Positions 1 to 13,830 of a DNA stretch of 64,000 nucleotides are shown here, piece by piece (the first letter of the stretch is position 1; each line of letters opens with the position of its first letter). The position numbers and the translations under genes are program-made. The DNA comes from Camelus dromedarius (Eukaryota), in the NCBI RefSeq assembly GCF_036321535.1, contig NC_087472.1, forward strand, positions 100,070,001 through 100,134,000, read 5' to 3'. The notes beneath the pieces were generated by a model. It saw only the letters and a program-made list of their open reading frames with translations. It was not told where the DNA came from and searched no databases.

Positions 1-3000
1 TCCATCCATGTTGTGGGAACCCCAGGTCTGGATTCTCCTGGGTTTGCAATAGTGCCTCCCTCCTTCCCTGGCTGCCTCTTGTACACCTGTTCATGCTCCC
101 TGACTTCAGAGCCCAGTTAGCATGCCCCTCTTCTGGAAGCCTTTTCTTACCACTCACGATTGCTCTCTCCTCCAAATGCCTGACACCCCATGTTTAGCCT
201 GGTGCAGGGCCCCAGGCTTTGCCACTTGGGTTGCTCACACCCCCGGACTCCTTTACCAGATTTAAAGCAGATCAGGAGTGTGTTTTGTCATCTCCACATG
301 CTTTATGGGGTTGAGCATATGGTAGTGGCTCATTTAATACACTTGTTGAATGCCATGGTTCCTCAAAGGCGGGGAGGTGTCAGGGCTTACATTTTGTTCA
401 CTTTTGCTCTGCTGTCATCCTTCCCAGCCCCTGTACAAGCTCTGTAGTGTGTGTGTCTTATGTTCTAAGTCACCTAGTGTGCCATAGATTTCAACATGAA
501 ACAACTTAAGATCAAAGAAAGACTTACTGTTTCTTAGTATCTCGTGCCCTTCATAATTTTTGCTGAGCAGTTACATTGAACAACCAACCCATATATTGGT
601 TTATGAACTTGTTTCATTCTGTCAAATTAGTTGAGGTAGGAATGTTAACGTCGGTCACACAGTTTTGTGTCACTGGTGCCCTGGAGAAGGGGTATTGTCT
701 GCTGTGCCAACCCAAATCGTCACCAGGATTTACCTGACTGGATGGGTAGATGGACGGATGGTTGAACACATGGACACACAGTCACTGTTTGCTATTCTTG
801 TTGGGAACAAGGCATTGCCGCTCCAGCTGCAGTGTCTGGGCTCAAACTTCCTCTCGCCAGCCAGAAAGCTCGCTGCCAAGTGTGGCTTCCAGAAGAGATC
901 CATTTCTTTCTATTTAAACAGGAGCTAGCATCTTTTAGAAAAAGGGATACAGAAGTTTAGGAAGAGAGGAGTCATTTTTAGATGAGTTTATTTAACAAAA
1001 ATGGATTGAGGGACTACTGTGTACCAGGCACTGTTCTGGATCTTAGTAACGGTGGGGCTCAGTCACTGCAGATCACGGCCTTCAGGAATCGCGCTCATGT
1101 CTACGGGCACTAGACCACCGGTGTGATTTTGTGTCCATCTCAGCAAGCAGCGGTCATTAACACACTTACTTCCAGACAGTAAATAGGGGTAGAATTTTAA
1201 CAGGAAAAAAAGACTTTAAAAAAATTAATACAGAGTCAATTGAAAAACTGAATGATGATAGGAGATTCCTCTGGGTCAGAAGTGCCTCTTCTGTTTGAAA
1301 TTCCATGCCTTGAGGCTGCGTCAGTTACCATCTCACAGTGTGAAGACAGGGTTGGCCCATCTCATCCAGCCCATGACATAACTAAGGTAGTTGTGGTACA
1401 AAGAGCATTCTGTGTGCCCCTGTCTTCACACTTGAGAAGGTGGAGTTTCAAAAGTATAGAGCTTACTCATTTGTTTTGATATTTGATCATAACAGAAAAA
1501 TCCAAGGAAAAGCTGAAGAGAAGGAGGTTGTCCTGAGCTCTAGCGATTTGCCTGCAGTGGGAGGCAGCGAGCCAGAAACCTGAGGGGCAGAACAGGTGTG
1601 TGCCTTCAAAAGAAAATAAACCCAACAGGGAAAGAGGTAGAAGCAGGCTGGTTAGACCAGAAAAGGTTTGTTAATTCTCCCAAACCCAGACACCCCAAGT
1701 TGTAATAATTTTTTGTTTTATTCACAAAGAGCAGGCAAGCTGGGAGCAGGACCTCTGGTCCCAGTTGCGAGGGAGCTGTGCCCATTGTCGGCCATAGCAC
1801 AAAGCAGCCAGTGCTCTCTGAGTGGAGGGGCAGGTGACTGGCAGGGTGGGGATGGGTGGGGCTGGTGGTGGGGGGTGGTGGGGAGTTGAGTGATAGAGGG
1901 TCTGAGATGGAGGAGAAGGAAGTGAAGCTAAAAGAAGTAAGAGGAGGTGAAGTGAGCAAGGCTGGAGTGGGAGCAGGAAGTGGGAGAAGTCAATGGCCAG
2001 AAATACGGGAGATACTGGTCAAAAGGGGAAGGATGGTGCCCACAATTTCAGATGCAGAATAGGTCTGAAGATGCACGTATCCACAGAGGGAGGGGCCCTG
2101 AATGTGGGTGACTGAGGATGGATGAAGGTCATGACAGCTGAAGGGACCGGGGACAGGAAGGGCTGACACTGGGGATGGATCACCCATGTGGCTGTCATAA
2201 GCTCAGGAAGATGGCAAGAGCTGAAGTGATGTGAGGCTGATGTTCTAGAGCCCATATCCACCCAGGTGGATGTCAGTGTGTTCTGGGAGTTGATGACAGT
2301 CAGTGACAAGCAAGGTTCAATAGTCAGGGGGCATTCGGTCAAGAGGTTTCCAATGGGAGGAGTCGGTTGCTGCGACTCGAACATTCCAGAGGACACTGTC
2401 CGCTGACTTCAGATGTGGAAGCCTGTGTCAGAGAAGGCATCTCAGTGAGAAGATGGGCATTTGGGTCTTGGACACCAGGCTGTGGACATGAGGCCTCGTG
2501 ACTTCCCAGACCTGTGCCACTTGGAGATGGCCTGTTGCTTTAAATCTTCAACACACCAGATACCTTTCCTGTGAAAGGCTGAAGGCTATCCTGAGAGAAC
2601 TAGAACACGGATGAGGGGGCAGTGGAGCTGCAGATGTCTTCCTTGTAATGAAGAGGGAGCCCTGGGTATCTGAGAAGCACTGGGAGATGGGTGACTGTTG
2701 AGCTCTGAGACATTTTAGCTTGAGGCAAAGATTAAGTAAACATTTAGATGCCAAATATCAACTAAGTGCTTAGGGGAGGGCAAATGTCTCTCTGGAGACC
2801 AACTTACCCACACGGAAGTTAATTTTTCTTTAGATTTACACAGGCATCCCAGCTGCTTCAAGCCCCTTAGGATACAAATTAGCAGAAAATAAGCTTCTAG
2901 GGTCCTGGTGGCTCTGTGAGGTGTGTGGTCCCCATGCACAGCAAAAGAAAGCATTAACAGAGATCTTTACTCTTATTAGCTAGAAACTAATCAATCAAAT

Positions 3001-3468
3001 TAAAAAAAGAGAGAGAGAGCACAGGAGACAGCTAGAGTGCAAGCAAATGTTGCCCTAAGCAGGCAGATAAAACGTGCACCTGGGTGGTCAGGCCATCATT
3101 CTGAGTTTGGATTACTCAAGTATTCTAAATGTCTTTTCAAAGATTCCTAGGGAGGCCGTGTGTGGTGTTTGAGTGTTTGCCTTCTTTTCTACAAGTCAGG
3201 ACCAAGACATGTCTTCGGAGAATTCAGGAGGGAGAGCTTGGCTAGAAATTACAGAGGTGGGCGTCGCTGGCTCATAGATGGTAGTTACAAGCACGGGATG
3301 GCTATCATCACTCCAGGGGATTATGGAGAAGTAGAGGAGAGAGTGAAGATGACGGTGGGGAAAATTGTTATTTACAGAGGGCAGGAAGGACGGGGAGCCA
3401 TGGGCAAGGGTGGGTGGGCTGTGAGCTCCTGGAAGCCGGAGGAAGCCGGGTGTAGAGCCTTTACTGAC

Positions 3469-3648
3469 CAGGGGATCTCGCACTTGAGTGTGCATCGCCA
3501 TCACCTGCCGGCTTGTTAAAACCCAAATGCTGCTCCCCAAGTTTCTAATTCAGGAGGTCAGGGTTAAAGCCTGAGAATTTGCATTTCTAGCAAACTCCCA
3601 GGGCAGCTGCTCCTGCTGGTTAGCCGACTGCACTGTGAGAACTGCCAC
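3469..3648. mobile_element. MER5A-like hAT MITE
   Basis: 'cttgttaaaacccaaatgctg...cctgagaatttgcatttctagcaaactcccagg'. Confidence 0.75.
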
Positions 3649-5519
3649 CAAAGTGCCAGCCGGGGTGGCAGAAAGGCACCCATAGGCTTTGGTCACGAGT
3701 TGGCCCTTGGTAATCCCAGTCAAGCCATTGCTGTTCAGTGGTTGGGGGCAGACTTGGGATTGTGTCGAAGGAAAACCGAGCAGGCAACCAAGTATGTGTA
3801 GACTTGTGAGGAACTCGGCTGTGGGACAAAGATGGAAAATGGGTGCCAGATATGGATGGATTCAGTGATAAGAGAGGAGTGAGTGTGTGTGCGTCTATGT
3901 GGTGTCATTCATTCATTACAGAAATTCATCAAGTGCCTCCATTTGGCCAGGCCCTTTTCTAGGTGGTAGTTAACTATGCTAACCAGGCCAGACATGGTTC
4001 CTGCCCACCCACTGCCTCCTGGGCTTTGGAGCCAGACACACCAGGGTCCAAGCCCCACTCCTCTTCTTCCTTATCCCGTGGCTTTGGGCAAGGTACGCAA
4101 CCTCCCTGACACTCAGTTTCCGCCGCCACACCTAGGACACCTAGTTCCTCGCCTGGCACTTGTGAGGCCCCCAGCAAATCTTTCTTCCTCCCTAGAGAGA
4201 GCTCAGTGGGTGACCTTGGAGGGAGAGGAGTTTCCACGTGGTGACAAGCGGGTTATGCTTGGTAGTCCTGAGGGAGCGAGGAAACCCGGACGCCCTCAGA
4301 CCGCACATCCAGAAGACTCTAGGGACTGAAAGAGGAAGCCGCTAGGGCGTCAGCGGAAGCCAGTGCTCAGGGAGGGCTGGGGACTGAGGGAGGGCAGGTA
4401 ATTTATGGAGCAAGGAATCCCACAGGGCACGGGGGCAAATACCTTGTTACATTGTAGAAACGTCTGCATTATTTGCTGGCCTTACTTCATTTGTATGTAT
4501 AACCTCTCTGAGATTTCTTTCCACCCACATCTAGAATGAATTGTATTCCCTGCAGCGAGATCCAACAGTAGTGATGGGTTTAGCCTCAGCCCAGGCTGAG
4601 CCACATTGATTTTCTTGCTGGTGATGGCCAAGGGCAGGCAAGGGATCATGAGGAGATACTAACACCTCATGCATGCCGGGTACTAATTGGTTTGTATAAA
4701 GCTTTTCCCACGGGCTGTTGCTTTGGATACTCTTCCTCCTGGTGACACTCCACCAGCTTAGTTGCATGATAGTGAGATTCCCCCATCCAGGCATCTGAAA
4801 AGCCCCTTCCTTGCCCCTCCATGATGCCCAGCTGTGGGTTTGCAGATGAGGGCTGCGGGTAACGTCATCCCGTTGCCTTCAGGGTTGTGGGGCTTATCAT
4901 GCCCTGGCTGGGCTCTGGATGGAGGCCTGTTTCCATACACACTCACACAGTCTGCACAAAGAACAGAAATTTGGAGGGGAATTGAGTGGGCAATGTCCCA
5001 TCACCTTCCAGTGTGTCTTCACCAACTATAAATAGCCAGGCCTATTTGTGCTCATCTGAACAAGGACGCAATGCAAGGGGAGAGCTGCCAGGAAAACCAC
5101 TCTGGTTCCCGCTTCTTGCGCCCCTGGCCTCACTCGGGCTACCCCACATTGAGATAGGAAGTTTGCAGTCAAAAGATACCTGGGATTCCTGGGACATTTT
5201 AGGCCACAAGGTGGGCATGTAGGGACTCCACAGGATCAGCAGGGACTTGGGATCTGAATTCCTGGGAGAGGGGAGGGAGGAGTTCTCTGCTGCTACATTT
5301 TATCCTTTCCTGAAGGAAGGATTCAACCTCTCTGGGGCAGTAATGGCCCAGTGCAGATGGCTTCTGAAAGACTGACTTGTCTCTTGCTACCTCCACCCAT
5401 GGGCGGAGCCCTCTTATCATTGCTTATTTGAGAAAGATCTCCAGAAGCATCAAACGTGCATTTTGATTATTACCATCCCAAGTGTGGTGGGCAGAGACAG
5501 GACTTGGTGTCAGGAAGCT

Positions 5520-5640
5520 TCTCTGTCTGGTTTCAGCTCCACCACCAATTAGCTGTGTGACCTTGGGCACATAACTTCTGGCCTTGGAGCACAGGACCCT
5601 TGTCTGTAATAAAATGGGGGCTTGAGCTGGGTAATCTCTA
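5520..5640. mobile_element. MIR SINE (other copies at ~6660-6810, 16170-16370, 20660-20840, 35850-35970, 40860-41000)
   Basis: MIR core 'tagctgtgtgaccttgggcacataactt...tctgtaa'. Confidence 0.6.
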
Positions 5641-6819
5641 CCCAATTTTAATGGTCAGAGCCCAAGTCTGAGATGTGATGAGTGGGCAGCCGGGAAAGCA
5701 GGGAGGAAGTGCTCACTTCCATTGGCCTCGCATCCTCAGCGCGACTGGCCCGGGATGAGGGAGGTGAGCGGTAGGACTGAGTGGTTTTACATTCGAAGGG
5801 GCTGATAAAACAGGGTTGCGGGGTTGGAGCAAGAGAGAACAGAGGGTAACTCCAGTTGTTCCTTTAGGACCTTCACACCTGCCATCTGCCATCCTCCATC
5901 CGTACTAGTAGACAACTCCTAGGTGGGATTAAAGCTGGAGAAAAACTGAGGATTCAAGAGGGGCACCTCAGTGGTTTCCAGAGTACAGGGGACAGGGCTT
6001 TTCTATTTCTTTTTCCTTTTCTTTCTTTCTCAGCCTTTTTTTTTTTTAGCCCCCTATGACAATGTTTAGGCAGTTAAAACCCAAATATTTACATTAGGAT
6101 AAGTGATCCTTTTGAGGGCAGGGAGGGGAGATTGCCAAAAAGAGCCATCGTCATCTGGGCTTGGGGTCTTTTGCTCGGTAGGAAGCCGTGGACTCTGTTT
6201 TTGCCCTTCATCCCCACTCACCTCCAGAAGGGTCGTGAGGTCTTTTTGGTGGTTTTTAGTTGCTGCCGTTAGTGCTGCTGCTCGTGTACTTATGTACTTG
6301 TTTGCTTGCCTCAGCTTCCTGTGCATTTCAACATCTTTTCCAGGCCACATGCCTTGGCTTAACTGTCCCAACTTGGGCTAAATTGGGCCATGCCGCTGGC
6401 TGAGTTCATGTTCTCAAGGGATGCACATGGCACGTCCTCCACGTTTCCAACTGTTCACACGCCCCGTCTCGTGTCTCGGGTCTGAGTGGGAAGACCAGGC
6501 CCCTCTGGGCGGGTCGGGTGTGTGATTTGTGTTTAGTATTAATACTCTTTAACTCAGGGAGCAAAGGGGATTTACCCAGCTGGCATTGAGCTGCAGTGAC
6601 ACAGGCTGCCTGGCATCCTTGGTGACTCACCATCTCCAGGACCAGGAGGCTGAGTGAAGCAGCTTTGAGAAGTGATCAAGACCTGGAGCTCTGGAGTCCA
6701 AGTTAGTAGGTTCAGATCCCGACCCCAGCACTCTACTACTATTGCGACCTTTGTCAGCAGGCAGCTTCATCTCGTCAAGCCTGAGTTTCCAGATCTGTAG
6801 GGTAAAAAGAAGGGCTCAC

Positions 6820-7180
6820 AGGTAGGCTTCTCTAGGTCGCAGTCTTGAGGCAGCATCCGTGCCTGTGGGGAGGGAGGAGGAAGCCGCGTTGGGCAGAGGG
6901 AGAGGTCAGGTTGTGATGCTAGTTCACCAAGGCCTCAGCCAACCCCACAGGAGCTCTGGGGCTAAAATGACCTCTCTGAGTTGTCCTGTATCAGACTGAG
7001 ATGGCTGAGACTTTTATACAGTGGAGTATGGGCCGCCCTGGAAAGGCTGAGGGGCTCCTTGCAGCTGAGGTGGTCCCCGGAGAGGCTGATAGCACTCCCA
7101 GCAGCAGGGGTGACCAGCCCTTCACAGAAAGGGGCTCTGGGAGGTGCGGCCCCGTGTCCACCCCACAGAGAAGGTACTTC
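6820..7180. mobile_element. Probable ERVL-type solo LTR (LTR16/LTR33-like)
   Basis: 'ttgggcagagggagaggtcagg...ggcctcagccaaccccacaggagctctggggct' resembles these families; from memory only. Confidence 0.4.
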
Positions 7181-10100
7181 AAGAGGCAGCTGGGGCACCT
7201 GAATCATGCACGAACAGGGCTTAGCTCTTGGTAGGTGGTCAGTAAACCACAGGTGCTGCTGTTCTTTCTGTGGGACTGTCCGTTCCACTTATACCTGCTG
7301 GGCGTCCCTGGGCTGGTCAACCCATTCTCTGCGATTTAAGTTCCCTGGCCAGCAAAGCAAGGGGACTCTTAGTGGCTAGTTGCCTATGCCAGTCATTTGC
7401 GACCATAACCAACACTGCTGAAGAAATACAAGAAAGTAACATTATTTTGATTTAAAAATCAGAGATGAGTAAGAGCAGCCTTGTTCTGATATCTTTGGAT
7501 ACATGGTGATATGCCTGCTTTCTTCTATTTTCTCCTTTTATTTAACAGCTGCAGGCATAGAAATGCACCATAAAAAAAAAAATCCTTGCAGGAGCTAGTA
7601 AATTACAAAAGGATGAGCTTTTTCCTCTTTGGTTGAATTTAGTAACATCCTTTTTGCCAAAACGGTACCCGTGTGTTGGGCCGAGTGGAGGAGAACAGGG
7701 ACCATGGAGGGCTCCAGCTTCATTGGGTGTCAGCCACTTCAAACATGAGCTTTGGAGAATTTCAGAAATTCTGGTATTTTTCAAAACTGAAATTCATTAG
7801 CATTGTTGTAAGCGTCTATAAATACAGTGAAAGGCATTTACAAATAGACATTGTAAAATGCTTCCACACCCACAGTCTGAACACTGTCAAAACACCAGCT
7901 GCAGCTTCCCTACTTGGAAGGATCAGAACCTTTTTTAAGCTACACCTACTGTGTTTTCAAAATAGTCTTGCCGCTGGCCCTGTATAGAAGATCATTTCAG
8001 TCACAAGCCTGTGTCTGCTCTTGGCATGAGGGATCTGGGCTCATTTAGAGAGATGGTGGGGGAACCCCAATCTCCTTCCTGTCAGAATACAGCTGGTGCT
8101 TTACAGTCTGGGGAGGGGTCATGCAGGGGTGGTCCTTTGTATTTCTTGGTGAGGGGGTTCCTCATGACCTGGACCTCTCAGGTCTAGGATTTGTAACTCC
8201 ACATTCCCCTATCTGGTTCCCAGGTGAGTTCCAGGTGTGGTCACAGGTGATCACAGGGCACCTGTGGTTGGGAAGTTTCTTAGAGGAGAGTTTGTAGGTA
8301 GGGGCCATGCAATCTCATCTTTTACCTGAATGATCCTGTCGGGGAGAAAGGAGAGTGAACATAAGCTGCCTGAATTGTGCGAACCTCTGCTGTTAAATGT
8401 GAGCTTAAAAAAAACAGAACTTTAAAAGGAAGGAAAAATTCACCTATAGTCTTATCCCAAAGACAACCACTGTTAACATTTTGGACTGTTTCTTGCCCAT
8501 CTTTTTCCTGTGTATGATTTGGTTTGTTCTTCATTGGTTTTACATAGATGTGATCATGCTGAATGTCATGCAACTTTATGTCCTTTGGAAAAAAAATTGG
8601 AATTATTCTACAGATACATAATGCATTCTCACTTCAGGAAAAAAAGGGCAAATGTTCATTCATTCCACAAGTAGTTTTGAGCTCCTGCCACGTACCAGGT
8701 GCTGAGCTGAGTGCTAAAAATCACTCATCAGACTCCCCAGGAATAACCACTGCAAATACACATATTTTTCCAACCTTGAACAAATTCTCTCTTCTATTCT
8801 ATCAGAAGGGTGTGGAGGTGCATGTGCATGATGTGTATGTCATCTTTAACTTACGTTTGTCCCTTGACATTGTAACATAAACATTCGTCCCTGTTGTCAC
8901 GAATTGTTTGAAAATATCATTTTAATGACTATATAAAAGTCCTTCAAATAAATGTCCTCAGTCCCGCCGCTCCTGTCGGCTCGGTGTCTGTCCAGGGCAG
9001 TGTGCCCGGTGGGGCCTGAGCCTTGGTAGCCAGCGGGTGGAGGGGGTCTGCTATGGAAACCTGGCCCAGGGGGGCTCACAGCCTTAAGAGGTTGAAGTGA
9101 GGCAGTCTCCTAATGCACACACACACAGCTTGAGAGCTGGGTTTTCTCCAGATGGAGACCAGGCCTTTTGGCCCAACCCTGGTTCCCTAGAGTTCTCACC
9201 TTTCATCTTCTGGCTGCGAGTGCTTGAGGTTGAGAGTCAGTCTTATTCATCTGGGAGCTGAGGGAGGCGGACCTTCTTCCACTGGGCCTTCTCCGCCATT
9301 GCCGGGATATGCCTGTCTCACTGAATGCCGCCCCACCACCTCTTCTTGAGGAAGGAACCCAGCAGTCTGCCCTGTCACCTCCCACAGGTCCACTGACTTT
9401 TGCTTTCCTCCGCCCGCACTGCCTCCAGAACAGACTGGACCCTGTGGGACTCAGCCCAGCCTGTCTCCTCTCACTACTCTCTGGGGACCTCAAGCTTTAG
9501 CCCTGAGAACCCCTGGCCACACCGGGCCCTGCCCCTTACCCTGAAGTCCTTGCTCCCTCATGCCTCTTACAGATATGTCCTCTCTCCCTTTTCCTCCAAG
9601 GCCCAACTGTCACACCACCTCCTGCGTGTGCTCCTGGCCCTGCCATGCACATCCCTGCATGGACCCTGTTCTTTCTTCCCATAGGACTTCGATGTGCCTG
9701 TATCTTACACAGCCTGTCCCATGTGGGCTTATAAGTGTCTGTCTGTCTCTTTCTCCCATTTAGACCATGAGACCATCTAGAGTAGGTACCACCTGGCTTG
9801 GCCCTTTCATTGCCCCCAGTGTGATGGGCATTGGTCAAGTGCTCATGGAGCATCTGTTACTCATTGTGTAGTTTAGCCACAGGGTGACCACCGGGGACTG
9901 TGAGATGGACGATTTCTGTTGCTTTCCTGGGAACAACTCCTTGGCTTCTCCCTCTCATTTTAAGGGCGAGGATCTTCTCCTATTTCACTTGCCATCACAG
10001 ACCTTGAGTAATCTCATTCAGGGCTCACTCCCCACTAAAGGGTCCAAAGAGCTGCCCTTTTGGAGGAATTTGGAGAAACCTTCTACTTATGCCCGACTAG

Positions 10101-10763
10101 GCTGTTTCTTTCATCATCTTGGGGGCCTGTCCCCATCCCAAAGGGCTGCTCGTAGCCCAGATACAGAGGAAAGTCTCTCGTGTCCTGATGGGCATAGAGG
10201 CACCCACCCAACGACTGTCTCATTTTACAGGCCTGTGCCCCGGCGCCAGCTTTCAGGCTGCCAGACCTCAACTTGACACCTTGTGCCTGTCAACAGCCAG
10301 GCTGATGCCTCAGCTTCAGGCCAGAAACCTTTTTTCCCAAGGTTAAAAGTAGCCGACCTTTGACAAGCAGCATTGGCTAAATTCCTGGCTCCTTAAAAGG
10401 GAAGCTCCTGGTTATCGTTTGCTGGTGCTTATTTGGCCATGGGGCGGGAGCAGGCCCTACGTCGCACCCTGCAGACCAGCAGGAGGGTTTGTGGCTGAAG
10501 GTGCACTGCTGAACAGTCGTTATTAAAATAGCCATCTTTGAAAATGTGTGCGGGAGAGGAGGGCATCCACTCTGTCGGCCGGTTTGTACCAAGGCCCATG
10601 TGGTTGGACAGCTCGTTGGCTCCCACTGGCCCCCCACCACAGGCGACAGTGTGGCCTGACCCGCACGCAGCCCCCTCCCTAACTTGCGTACAGCAAGGAA
10701 GCTGACAAAATAACAAGGATACACACCAATTATTAAACGCCTGGACTTGTGTTTTTAATGTAG

Positions 10764-10849
10764 GGGTGATGGTCCAAAGATTGACTTGGTGAGCAGTTCG
10801 ATATCCGGCATCCTGGACAAGGACCTCTCGGACCGCAGCAATGACATCG
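10764..10849 (+). CDS. SH3KBP1: SH3KBP1 (CIN85) internal coding exon, 86 bp: (R)[28 protein letters not shown](D)
   Basis: Acceptor tttttaatgtAG, donor G|GTGAGT. Translation matches recalled human CIN85 '[30 protein letters not shown]'. Its phase-1 end fits the next exon. Confidence 0.95.
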
Positions 10850-11569
10850 GTGAGTACAGAGCGCATTCCTGCTTTTCTTTGCAGAACTTGAAAAGAACTG
10901 TGGGGCTCAGTTTGTCCCTTCTAGCAGCCTGGCAAGAACAAACACAGCCATTTAAATGCGAGGCTAACAGCTCTCAGTTGGTTTTAGATGTTGCAGTTTT
11001 GTAAAAAAGGGAAGTGATGGTTTCCACATTAAAGCAGAATGCCTGGGAGTTTGACTGTCCCTGGCCTTGGGAGAAATTCCTTGCATGGTCTCCTGCAAAG
11101 AAATGATGACTAAACCTTTTGGAAGAGTGGGCATTAGCACTTATATTCATACTTTCCAGTGATTTATGTATTTAGTGTAAAAAGGTGAATGGGTGGACAT
11201 GCAGCATTGCCGGGCTCACTGTAGACACAGCACTGAGTGTTTTGACTTTGACTTAAAAATGATCTTTGCGATAATTGCCACTTAGTTTGGAACATGAGTG
11301 AGTTTTCCCAAGGTCAGCATACTACCATGTGACAAGTGGGAAGGCAGCTGGAGTCTGTGGGCAAACAAGTCAGAGGGCTTCAGCGGGGGTGTGCGTGGGT
11401 GGTGTGCGGTCAGCTGTGTGCTGGTCGAGGCCACTATGGGTCTGACTTGGGTGACAGCCCTTTTAAGAGGTCTAGATTCAGAGACTAAATTTCTTTTAGC
11501 TTTCCATCTTTTGTTTGGACCCACCATGGTCATAAGTTAGCACTCTCTCATATTCTACATAGCAGAGGT

Positions 11570-11945
11570 GGCTTTTATATGTTAAATTTTGCATTTCAAA
11601 ATAATTAGAGATTCACATGCGTGGTAAGAAACAAGGCAGATAGATCCGCATACCCTTTGCCCAGTCTCCCACAGGAGTAGCATCTTATGAAACAATAGTG
11701 CAAGGTCACAAGAAGGACACTGACGTTGCTGCAGCCCCCCAGACTCCCTGGCTGTCCTAGAACTCATGTGCATGCAGTTCTAGGCAGTTTGGTCACGGGT
11801 AGGTTTGTGTCTCCACCATCCCAATCAAGAAACAGAACATTTCCATCACCGCTAGGATCCCCCATGTTGCCTTTTTATGACCACTAACCACACCTCCCTC
11901 CGTCCTGCCCCCCTCCTCTTCCCTAACCCCTGGCAGTCATTATCG
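11570..11945 (-). mobile_element. LINE-1 3' UTR fragment (L1MC/ME-like)
   Basis: 'aatcaagaaacagaacatttccatcacc...ccctaacccctggca'. Confidence 0.65.
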
Positions 11946-13049
11946 GGATTGATTTGACATGGAAGATTCCAGTATTATTTGCACTGGCTGCTCAATTTAA
12001 AAACAGATGTCCCACAGCTGGCAGGCCTTTTAAGAGGCGCTTGAGTGCCTAACAGGAGCACTCTCGTCACTTGGGCTTACTCTTTTGAGGGCGCTGTTTT
12101 CTTCTGAACCTGCTCATAGAGTTGCATCTTTGCAACTGCTGAGCTGCAGTCTCTGATCAGATCTTATGACCGCCTGGGAGTCAGATGTGTTGTTGTGACT
12201 GTAAATACCAAAAGTGCTTGCCCTGGTTCCAGAAGCTGTTTTACATCCTCAGTTAGCCTTTGAGAAGCCCAGTCGAGAGGCATGGTCAGGAGCTTCTGAG
12301 AGCTTGGACTAATGCAACGATAATACAAACACTAGCCTGCTGTAGCTTTGGGCGTGGTTAAAGGGCAGAGAGGACCAGAGCAGCGATTGGCTGGGAATTA
12401 GAAGGAATTGTCAGAGTGAGCCTCATTGAATTCTGGTTTTACTGCTGTGCCTCAGCATTTAGCCCCCTTTAAGGTGGGCTGGCCCATTGGCGAAGCATCA
12501 CTGAAGATAACACGAGGCCCCCCACAGGACGGGAGGTGTTCGCCCACCTCCAGGATACACACGGTTGTGGCTTGCTTGTGATGAGCATTGGCCTTTGAGC
12601 CTTGTTTTCTTTGGGTCCAGCAATAACTAAGGTGACTGTCGCCAGAATGTGAATCCCAGGTTTTTCGGTCTGACAAGCTAGTTTGGCAGCGCTGTGGGCA
12701 TTGATCTGCGGAAGCTTTTCATACTCTGTATGTACCTGGGAGCCCAGAAAGCGATGCCGAGGTTTGCTTCACTCTCATTTTGCCAAGAAGACATTAATCT
12801 CAGAAGACTATAATTCCTCAAATTAATAATTTAATGTATAGATTATTTGCATTGCCAGAAATGGTGATTGGCAGCCTCATAAGCAACCACTAAATACTTG
12901 AGTAACTACTATTCAAGTGCAAGGTTGAATGAATGCCAAGGCCCTCTTACCCAGGCCCTGCCTTCCAGAGGCTTTGAGGCCCCAAAGATGGCAAGTGGAC
13001 AGTGTCGCACTGACAGTCTGTCTAAATGCCAACTGAGTGGTAGAAAGTA

Positions 13050-13830
13050 ATACTGATCAGAGTTGGGGCTGCTGCTTGGTGCCCAGGATTTTAGGGTGGG
13101 CTCCGTGAAGGGGGACAAACTTAGCTGGATCTGGAAGTTGGAGTCTCTTCGGTAGAGGCAGAGGCAGGCAGGGAAGTCACATGGGGAGCACTGACAACTG
13201 AGCATGGGTCAGCCTGGCTGCGGTGGAGGGTTCATGCTGGCATGGAGTGGGGTGCTGACCTAGAAATGTAAGTCAAGACTGGATTGAGTTTGAGAGGGAT
13301 GGATTTGTAATTTATTCTGTAGGCTGCGGGAGCCATTGACGGTTGACACTGCAGTGACATGATCAGGTCTAAAAATTCAGGTGATAACTGATGGGGCTTT
13401 GTGGGACCAATCAGATGAAGGAAAGATGGGCATCAAGGGGTCAGGGTATTTGATAGTTTGGGTAAGAGGGAGTGAGAGAGAGCCAGAAGGAAGCTGCTCA
13501 GAAGAGGATCGTGAAAGAGGAGGTAGACGTGGGAGCAGCGATGCAGGGGAATTATTACTCGTCCTTAGCAACAGAGGGATTGGGAGTGGGCAGGAGGAGA
13601 GTGATTGGTTAGCGCTGAGGTTTTAAGGTTGGATGACTGGTGGGGGGAAAATGACTTAGGTAGAAATAAGCAAGTCTGGAGGAGGAACTGGTTTAGGGGT
13701 GGGGGAACAGAATGAATTTAAACATGTTGACATTGAAATTGGTCAGACATTCCATGTCAATGCCGGATGAGGACTTAAGGTGGAGGGCCGAGGCTGGAGA
13801 GATGGGCAGGGATTGCAGTGGAGATTAGAA
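13050..13830. mobile_element. L2 LINE remnant (other likely L2 pieces at ~960-1100, 1760-2480, 36200-37950, 47700-47950)
   Basis: Strand-skewed degenerate sequence with L2-like motifs ('ttattctgtaggctgcgggagccattga', 'aacatgttgacattga'). Confidence 0.5.

Noticed and set aside
1..10763. Further upstream SH3KBP1 coding exon (Pro-rich region)
   Set aside because: No segment translating to the expected ...PPRRPERPVGPLTHT found; the window starts inside the intron.
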